Assembly (NCBI GenBank): GCA_044376115.1
Contig: JBILLK010000015.1
Coordinates: 32,001 to 96,000, forward strand
DNA: 64,000 bases
Reading direction: 5' to 3'
From: Polyangiaceae bacterium
GTDB lineage: Bacteria; Myxococcota_A; Polyangia; Polyangiales; Polyangiaceae
How positions within the stretch are numbered: position 1 is the first letter of the stretch; every line of letters begins with the position of its first letter. Of the stretch, positions 57,254 through 64,000 are shown one piece after another. The notes under the pieces are model-generated. The model was given only the letters and a program-made list of their open reading frames with translations, did no database searches and had not been told where the DNA came from. A program made the translations under genes and the position numbers.

Positions 57254-60153
57254 CGAAGTAGCCCCTCGGTGTAGCGACGCAGAGCATCGCGTTGACGCTT
57301 ATCGTGGGGTTTGGACAATCCATCCATCACGCGTTTGCGCCACTCTTCGGGATTCTTGTGTTGGTCCGCTGAAGGGATCTCGGCTTCCTGTCCGGGCTTC
57401 CCTTCACCAGAGGGCATCGGCGCAGCGCTGGGCGCGTCGTTGCTCGGCTCGCGGGCGTCATCCGGCACGTCACGCGACATCTCCAACACGCGCTGTGCAT
57501 CACGCTGCTTCTCAGCACCCTGTTCGACATCGCCCTTCTCCAGGGCCTCTTTGGCGGCTCGCATCGCCTCAGCCGCTTGCTGAAGGCGATCGAGTTGGCT
57601 TTGGGGCATCGCGGTGTCGCCTTGCTCGCCCTGCTGACGAAGCGCATCCGCCTTCTCCGCGAGCTTGCCCTCGTTCTTACCCGCCTTCGAAAGCGCGTCT
57701 TTGGCCCGCTCCTTGGCCTGTTCGTCGATGGCCTTCTGCAAGGCCTCGAGCGCTGTGATCGCCTCTTCGACACGATTCCCGGCGCGGGTGGCTTCAGCCC
57801 CCACGACTTCGTCGTCAACGAACTCCTCGAGTGCCGCACGCTTCTTTGCCTCGCGCAGCTGAGCGAGCCCCTCCTTGCCCTCCGCGATGGCGTCTTTGAT
57901 CTTGCCTCGCTCCAGCTTGGTCGCCATCGATTGAACGCGCTGCTTCGCCTTGGCGGCCTGCTCCGCGGCCGACCCCGGCGCACCCGAGTTGGGCAAGCTC
58001 TTCACCGCCTCACGCAGCGCCTCGGCTTGTTCGCGCGCGAGCTTCTTAAGTGCGTCGCGCTCTTCCTTGGTGGTCGCATCCTCCAGCGCGCGGTCCAACT
58101 TGTCGAGCTCGGCTTGGTGTTCAGTGATGAGCTCCTCCAAGGACTTCCCTGCAGACTCCGCCAGGTCGTGGGCCGCGGAGGCCTCACCGTCGGCGACGCC
58201 AGAACCGTCACTGCCGCCTGACTCGACACCCGGCCGCCCACCGCCCCCAATGCTGAAGGTCGGCTGCCGCAGACGCTCGGCCAAGTGTTGCGCTGCAAGC
58301 TCCGCTTGGAACCATTGGCCGGCATCGACCGCACGCTGAATCTTCTCGGTCCCTGAGCGAGTGAGGTCCCCCAGATCGGCACCTAGATCGCCCAGCTTGG
58401 AGAGTTCTTGGGAGGCGGGCGCCAGGACCAAGAGCGCAGCGCCTAGCCGCTCGCGACCTCGCTCGGCCTCGACCTCGGTCTGTGCGGCGTTTGCCGCTTT
58501 CTGCGCATCCTCCGCGACCAGCGCGAGCTTCTTCGCGATCACTCCGGCTTCGCTGTTGGCACTTCCGCGGACGCTAGAATCAACCGCCAGCACGACCTCC
58601 TCGGTCACGGTCGTGAGCGTCTCGAGCGCTTTGCTGCTGGGAGCTGCGCGAAAGGCCTTCCCGGCCTCTTCCAAACGGCGCAGTTGGCCGGCGAATACGC
58701 GACGCGTGCTGCCGACCACGCGCAGCCCGCCGTAGCTCTCCGAAAGGACGCTCTCAACGATGCCGAGCGCGACCTTCTCCGCCTTCTCGTCGGCTCGAGC
58801 GAGAGCCTCCATCGAGGCTCCCGGCGTCGCGTTCAGCCGTGCAGCGAGCAGATCGACAAGGCCATTACGCGCTTGTGTGAGCGCCAAGTGACGCTTCGCC
58901 TCGGGCTCACCGACGATAGGCGGAATCACGATGAAGGCCTGGCTCGAGCCCCACTTCGAGCCGATGACCGAGTCGTTGTCACGAGCCTGAATCGTTACTT
59001 CGACTGGAATGTGGGACCGCTTGAAGAAGGCCTCTTGCGTCGAAAGTTCAAACGACCCCTGTTCGGACTTCGTTTGCGTGTGCGGCTTACTCAAGGAGCG
59101 CCGCTCTTCCGCTTCTCCAGCCCGCAGCACGAGTGCCACCTCTGCGAGACCGTAGTCATCCGTTGCCTGCCACGAGAGCGATAGCGACTTCTTGTCGACG
59201 AGCTTTACTTTCTGAGGCGCGCCAGCGAGCGCGACCTGCGGGGCCTCATCCGCCACGCTCTCGAGCGCGAGCACGTCATGCTGCTCTACGCGCACCGAAC
59301 CAAAGGCCGCAGCGATGCGCAGGTCCGCTGAGTTCTTCACGGTCCAGCGTGCGACCACCGCGCCCTTACCATCGGGGACGAACCGCTCACTGCTGACCCC
59401 GTCGGTCAGCACGAGGTTGCGACCGGCGTGTAGCGGGCGTGCACGCAAAGTGATCACACTGCCGCGCGGCAGCTCGACGTCAGACAGGCTGGTCAAAACC
59501 AACCGACCAAGCGACGTATGACGAGGCGCGTCCACCGTAAGCTCAACCTGGTCCACGTACAGTAGCGAGAATGCACCAACACCTTTGCGCGCAGTCCACA
59601 CCGAAAGCCCCTCGAGTGTCCGCGTTGGCTCAATCGCGACGGCGACCATGAGCGCAGCAGCCAAGAGCAGCGCCCCGACGCTGACCCGCAGCGCCAGCCG
59701 CTGTGCACCTGCGGAAAGCGCGGCGTAGTCGATGCGCGATAGCTTGCGCTGCAGATGCAGGTCCGCAAGCTCCGCGCTCGCTCGCTTCGCCGGCGTCGCC
59801 TCCTCCACCAAATCGAGGTCGGCGCTGCTTCGCAGCGCGAGGTCGTGAGCCCGACCAATCGCCTCCGCGAGTTCCGCTTGCGTCTGGGAGGTCGCTCGCA
59901 AGAGCCCGAGCAACGGGTCACGGTTCTTGTACCAGCGATAGGCCTCGGACAAGGCCGGCACCAGCAACGCCCCGAGTACGAGCGCGGTAGCACCCAAGCG
60001 CGCCTGCTCGGTGCCCAATCGAGCCAGGCTCGCGCCCGCGACCACGCCCGATGCAACCACCACCGTCTGCAGCGTGAGCGTGGTTGCGCCGCGTGCCGAC
60101 TTCTGCACCTTCTGGGCGGCAGCCCACGCCTGCTTGACGAGCTCGCTCGTCAC
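57250..60153 (-). CDS. DUF4175-like membrane-anchored coiled-coil protein
   Basis: N-terminal TMs, Ig-like part with ATDDYGL and ARDND, long Ala/Glu/Lys helical region, C-terminal RRYxExLLR. Confidence 0.7.
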   Translation of the reverse strand: MTSELVKQAWAAAQKVQKSARGATTLTLQTVVVASGVVAGASLARLGTEQARLGATALVLGALLVPALSEAYRWYKNRDPLLGLLRATSQTQAELAEAIGRAHDLALRSSADLDLVEEATPAKRASAELADLHLQRKLSRIDYAALSAGAQRLALRVSVGALLLAAALMVAVAIEPTRTLEGLSVWTARKGVGAFSLLYVDQVELTVDAPRHTSLGRLVLTSLSDVELPRGSVITLRARPLHAGRNLVLTDGVSSERFVPDGKGAVVARWTVKNSADLRIAAAFGSVRVEQHDVLALESVADEAPQVALAGAPQKVKLVDKKSLSLSWQATDDYGLAEVALVLRAGEAEERRSLSKPHTQTKSEQGSFELSTQEAFFKRSHIPVEVTIQARDNDSVIGSKWGSSQAFIVIPPIVGEPEAKRHLALTQARNGLVDLLAARLNATPGASMEALARADEKAEKVALGIVESVLSESYGGLRVVGSTRRVFAGQLRRLEEAGKAFRAAPSSKALETLTTVTEEVVLAVDSSVRGSANSEAGVIAKKLALVAEDAQKAANAAQTEVEAERGRERLGAALLVLAPASQELSKLGDLGADLGDLTRSGTEKIQRAVDAGQWFQAELAAQHLAERLRQPTFSIGGGGRPGVESGGSDGSGVADGEASAAHDLAESAGKSLEELITEHQAELDKLDRALEDATTKEERDALKKLAREQAEALREAVKSLPNSGAPGSAAEQAAKAKQRVQSMATKLERGKIKDAIAEGKEGLAQLREAKKRAALEEFVDDEVVGAEATRAGNRVEEAITALEALQKAIDEQAKERAKDALSKAGKNEGKLAEKADALRQQGEQGDTAMPQSQLDRLQQAAEAMRAAKEALEKGDVEQGAEKQRDAQRVLEMSRDVPDDAREPSNDAPSAAPMPSGEGKPGQEAEIPSADQHKNPEEWRKRVMDGLSKPHDKRQRDALRRYTEGLLR

Positions 60154-61325
60154 CGTTTCCCTCCGCGAAGCAGCTCCGTGATGGCTTCACCCAGACCCTC
60201 GACGGTGAGGTCGAACATCGGAAAAATCTGCGAGATCGGATCGATCGTCGTCCCGCGGTAGTTGCGCCAATTCTCTGGGTTGAGCCAAACCGTGCGGTAG
60301 AAATGATCGCGCAAGCGGCGCAACCACTCGATACCTGGAATGCGGCCCTCATCCCCAACGTAGCCGCTCGACCCGAGAAGTTCATAGGGGGCCATCAGCG
60401 CGTCACCAACGAGCACCAGCTTGTATTTTGGTCCGCACTCGGCAATCAGATCTTGAACGGTCATCGGCTCGAGGAAGGTGTCGGTCTTCCAAACCCGGCC
60501 GTAGACGCAGTTGTGAAAGTAGTACGTCCGCAACTCTCGAAAGTGAGAAGCGCGCTTTGCCGCGCTGAAGAGCTGCGACATAACATACGCGTAAGGGTCC
60601 ATCGACCCGCCGACATCCATCATCAAGATGACACGCGTCTCCGAGCGCCGCGGCGGCTTGACCACCACCTCGAGTTCCCCGGCGTTGCGCGCGGTCTCGC
60701 GGATGGTGTCATCAATATCGAGTTCACTGGGAGCGCCCTCATGCGCAAACACACGCAGCTTGCGCAGCGCGACCTCGATCTGACGCGTGTCGAGCAGCAC
60801 GTCGGTTCGGTAAGGCTTGTACTTACGCGCATCGGCTGAGAGCATCGCACCGCCCTTGCCGCCTCCCCCACCGACCGAAAGGCCCTTCGGGTTCACTCCG
60901 CCGGTCCCGAACGGCGAGGTGCCGCCCGTTCCGATCCAGCGGTTTCCACCGTCGTGGCGCTCTTTCTGTTCGGCCAGCCGCTGCTCGAATAGTTTGAGGC
61001 TCTCGTTGAGGTCGAGCGCCTCCAGAGTCTCGCGTTCATCCGGGTTGAGCTCGCGCATCTTGATCGGATCGCGCAGCCACGAGAGCAGCTCCTCCGCGAT
61101 CTTTTTGGCTTCGATCTTTATGCCTCGAAAGTGCGCGCTGAAGGCGACGTCGAAGTCATCGAGGTGTCGCTCATCGTGGATCAGGATCGAACGCGCGACG
61201 AAGTAGAAGCCCTCCAACGAGCTGTCGTGCAAGCCCATCGTCAGCGCCCGCGCGAGATGCACCGCCTCCTGGGCTCCCACGGGAACCTTGCGACCGCGCA
61301 GCTCGTACAGGAAGTCGACGAACAC
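60150..61325 (-). CDS. VWA (CoxE-like) domain protein
   Basis: HDGGNRWIGTGGTSPFG, MDVGGSM MIDAS, YYFHNCVY, VGDALMAPYEL, WLNPE; GTG 61325. Confidence 0.88.
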   Translation of the reverse strand: MFVDFLYELRGRKVPVGAQEAVHLARALTMGLHDSSLEGFYFVARSILIHDERHLDDFDVAFSAHFRGIKIEAKKIAEELLSWLRDPIKMRELNPDERETLEALDLNESLKLFEQRLAEQKERHDGGNRWIGTGGTSPFGTGGVNPKGLSVGGGGGKGGAMLSADARKYKPYRTDVLLDTRQIEVALRKLRVFAHEGAPSELDIDDTIRETARNAGELEVVVKPPRRSETRVILMMDVGGSMDPYAYVMSQLFSAAKRASHFRELRTYYFHNCVYGRVWKTDTFLEPMTVQDLIAECGPKYKLVLVGDALMAPYELLGSSGYVGDEGRIPGIEWLRRLRDHFYRTVWLNPENWRNYRGTTIDPISQIFPMFDLTVEGLGEAITELLRGGKR

Positions 61326-61326
61326 G

Positions 61327-62190
61327 TCAGGACCGGTAACGCTTCCCGCCAGCAAGCTGGTCGGCAAACGCAGCTAGATCCTGCTCCTTTTTGAGCAACG
61401 TGCCCAAAAACGGAAGGCTCTTCTCGAGCTTCACTTCACGGATTCCGGCCCGACGTAGCACGGCGATCCAGTCGATCAGCTCACTCGTCGAGGGCCGCTT
61501 GCGCAGCCGCAGGCCATCACGAACCTCATAGAACACCTTCAACACCTGGTCTTGCAGGGCTTGGTCTAACTCAGGGTGATGAACCGCCACGATCCGTTTC
61601 ATGAACTCCTGATCCGGAAAGTCAATGAAGTGAAACACGCAGCGACGCAGGAATGCATCAGGAAGCTCCTTTTCGTTGTTGCTGGTAATGATGACGACCG
61701 GCCGCAGCTTCGCCGCCACGTCTTCCCCAGTTTCAACGATGCGAAACTTCATGCGGTCGAGCTCGTGCAAGAGATCGTTCGGAAACTCGAGATCGGCCTT
61801 GTCGACCTCGTCGATCAACAGCACGACCCGCGTCTCACTGGCGAACGCACGACCCATCGCTCCGAGCTTGATGTACCGCTTGATGTCGCGCACGTCGCCA
61901 TCACCGAATCGCGAGTCGTAAAGGCGCTGTACGGTGTCGTAGACGTACAGGCCTTCCGTCGCTTTGGTGGTGCTCTTCACGTGCCAGGTCAGGAGCTCGA
62001 GGCCCAACCCCTCGGCAATCGCCTCGGCAAGGAGCGTTTTGCCGGTTCCCGGCTCCCCGCGTACGAGCAACGGCCGCTCGAGGGCAATGGCACAATTGAC
62101 GGCGCTCTCGAGCGCCTCGTTCGTCAGGTAGCGGTCGGTACCAGTAAAGCGACGAAAGGAGTCGGCATCGCTGGAAAAGGGAGACGTCAT
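61327..62190 (-). CDS. MoxR-family AAA+ ATPase (CoxD/PA2707-like)
   Basis: PLLVRGEPGTGKT, WHVKSTTKA, LLIDEVDKAD, TSNNEKELPDAFLRRC, KRPSTSELIDW. Confidence 0.93.
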   Translation of the reverse strand: MTSPFSSDADSFRRFTGTDRYLTNEALESAVNCAIALERPLLVRGEPGTGKTLLAEAIAEGLGLELLTWHVKSTTKATEGLYVYDTVQRLYDSRFGDGDVRDIKRYIKLGAMGRAFASETRVVLLIDEVDKADLEFPNDLLHELDRMKFRIVETGEDVAAKLRPVVIITSNNEKELPDAFLRRCVFHFIDFPDQEFMKRIVAVHHPELDQALQDQVLKVFYEVRDGLRLRKRPSTSELIDWIAVLRRAGIREVKLEKSLPFLGTLLKKEQDLAAFADQLAGGKRYRS

Positions 62191-62254
62191 GGGCCTGAAG
62201 CCTAGTACATCCTCCTGCCGTTTTCCCGCCTCACGCGCCAAAGCGCGCTAGCAG

Positions 62255-62857
62255 TCAGCGACGAGCTGCAAAACCGGCGCGCCCGAGTCGTGCGCACTCT
62301 GCGTGTCGCTGACAGTCGACCATGTGGTCGTTCACCAGACCAACCGCCTGCGCGAACGCATACACAATCACAGGCCCGCAGAAGGTGAAGCCGCGCCTCT
62401 TCAGATCTTTTGACAGAGCCGTACTCATCGCTGTTTGAGTGGGCACTTCCTTCATCGTACGAAAGCGATTCTGCACCGGCTTGCCATCCACAAAGCCCCA
62501 CAGGTACTGGGCGAAGCTCCCGTGCTCCATGATAGCGAGGTAGCCGCGGGCGTTCTTGATTGCACCATTCACCTTGAGGCGCGAACGAACAATGGCGGAG
62601 TTACCTAGCAGTCGCTCGACCTTCTCGGCGTCATAGCGGGCTATGACCTCAGGCGCAAAGCCGTCGAACGCCTCGCGAAAGGCGGCTCGTTTGCGCAAGA
62701 TCGTTATCCAGGAAAGGCCGGCTTGAAAGCCGTCGAGAACCAGCTTCTCGAACAATGCGCGATCGTCATACTCCGGGACTCCCCACTCAGTGTCGTGGTA
62801 CTCACAATAAAGCGTGTCCGTCCCAGGCCATGTGCAACCACCTCGCTCAACGCCCAT
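62255..62857 (-). CDS. tag: DNA-3-methyladenine glycosylase I
   Basis: C.W...YHDTEWG, LFEKL.LDGFQAGLSW.TIL.KR, LSKDLKRRGF.F.GP, GLVNDH..C. Confidence 0.95.
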   Translation of the reverse strand: MGVERGGCTWPGTDTLYCEYHDTEWGVPEYDDRALFEKLVLDGFQAGLSWITILRKRAAFREAFDGFAPEVIARYDAEKVERLLGNSAIVRSRLKVNGAIKNARGYLAIMEHGSFAQYLWGFVDGKPVQNRFRTMKEVPTQTAMSTALSKDLKRRGFTFCGPVIVYAFAQAVGLVNDHMVDCQRHAECARLGRAGFAARR

Positions 62858-63806
62858 GCCGCCAAGCTGCACACGTACAACAGGACTCGTCAAGGAGCTC
62901 GGGCTGGCGGTCACCCTATTTGCATGTCGACCTGACCCAGGGCTGACAACGCCTGAAGGCACTTCGGCACCGAAGCCGCTAGTCCGAAGTACAAGCGTGC
63001 AATCAGCCACGGTCGATCGACCGGCTCCCGTTCCAGCGTCTACAGAGCTCCGCACTTCGTCGACTCCCCCGCGCCCGAACAGCGACCGTTCGACGCGAGG
63101 CGTAGCCGAGCAACTAGAGGCCCGGCGGCCGCGCAGCTTTGGACCCAACGCGGCGGGTGTGGTCTTTCGATTTGCGGCCCGCGATCGCGAGATAGCCCTC
63201 ACCATCGACCTGTGTGACGGCAAGGATGAACGGAGCTACGATAACGCTCTATTCGACTTGCTGGCAGCAGAGCAAATCCCGGCGACCGTATTCATTACGG
63301 GGTTATGGGCGCGTCACCACACGACGGAGCTTCGCTGGCTTACAGAGCAATCGCTCCTCGAGATTGCGAATCACGGATCGCGACACAAGCCCTGTACAGT
63401 AAACGGCCGCTCGGCTTTTGGCATCGCCGGGACGCGGACCCTCGAGGAGGCCATCGCCGAGATCAACGACAACGCCAACCTGCTCGAGGGCATGACCGGG
63501 AACCGCCCGCAGTTTTACCGTTCTGGGACGGCGCATTTCGACGATGTCTGCACAGAAGCGGCCCAGCTCTTGGGGCAAGTCCCAATGGGATTCAGCGTAG
63601 CTGGCGACGGCGGCGCCGGCTTCGACCAGGCCGGGGTCGAGCGGGCGTTGGCTACCGCCAACCCCGGCGCGATCGTCATCTTGCACGGACATCGCCCAAA
63701 CCGCTTTGCGTTTGAGGGGCTGCGCGAGGCCCTTCCAACCTTGCGCAAACGGTCTATTTCCTTCGTTAGGTTGAGCGAGGTGGCCGACCGTCTCGAGGCC
63801 AGATAA
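62856..63806 (+). CDS. Polysaccharide deacetylase-family lipoprotein
   Basis: IALTIDLC, PATVFITG.W, EIANHG..H, GAIVILH; possible lipobox LFAC; start uncertain. Confidence 0.82.
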   Translation: MPPSCTRTTGLVKELGLAVTLFACRPDPGLTTPEGTSAPKPLVRSTSVQSATVDRPAPVPASTELRTSSTPPRPNSDRSTRGVAEQLEARRPRSFGPNAAGVVFRFAARDREIALTIDLCDGKDERSYDNALFDLLAAEQIPATVFITGLWARHHTTELRWLTEQSLLEIANHGSRHKPCTVNGRSAFGIAGTRTLEEAIAEINDNANLLEGMTGNRPQFYRSGTAHFDDVCTEAAQLLGQVPMGFSVAGDGGAGFDQAGVERALATANPGAIVILHGHRPNRFAFEGLREALPTLRKRSISFVRLSEVADRLEAR

Positions 63807-63819
63807 ACCTCGCAGCGAG

Positions 63820-63999
63820 CTAAGGCGCTCCCATCGCACCCAGCGTGGGCAGGCCCTCAGCCGGACGAGCTTTGCCCGCCTGGTGAACTACGTATTGCGC
63901 ATTCACGGGCGGCAATCCTTCCGGCAGCACAACTCCAGCCGCCACAACGGGTGCACCCGCCTGGAGCCTGAAGTCTCCAGAACCTGGATCCACGAAGCC
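63820..63999 (-). CDS. C-terminal end of a probable beta-helix/choice-of-anchor-type secreted protein (5' part outside window)
   Basis: Manual translation GFVDPGSGDFRLQAGAPVVAAG...PTLGAMGAP*, resembling the FVD..GDFRL...P...AG...LGA tail motif. Confidence 0.55.
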   Translation of the reverse strand, partial: GFVDPGSGDFRLQAGAPVVAAGVVLPEGLPPVNAQYVVHQAGKARPAEGLPTLGAMGAP

Positions 64000-64000
64000 C

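Overview
GC-rich bacterial DNA that reads like a myxobacterium of the Polyangiaceae/Sorangiineae type. This is an inference from Ser/Thr kinase-PEGA gene pairs, many Gly-linker lipoproteins, Cys-rich CGNG repeats and a DUF4175-like/VWA/MoxR cluster. The window is gene-dense core/accessory chromosome: nuoA-nuoB (cut by the left edge), tRNA-Ser(TGA), split siroheme synthase, a siroheme sulfite/nitrite reductase, hflX, tldD/tldE, two MoxR systems, copZ-copA, HU, psd, an alkyl-DHAP-synthase-like flavoprotein, a sigma54 activator and tag. I found no prophage, transposase or CRISPR array. The standout signal is missed by the ORF track. The ORF shown as 24294..25232 extends upstream in frame to an ATG at 24120 that overlaps the stop of an HMA-thioredoxin lipoprotein gene. 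It encodes a signal peptide followed directly by TGA-GGG-GCC-TGA, and 11 nt later a hairpin with a GGUC loop resembling the E. coli fdhF SECIS. This points to an exported, His-rich, beta-barrel-like selenoprotein with a Sec-x-x-Sec motif at its mature N-terminus. All product calls are from motif reading by eye; no database searches were run.
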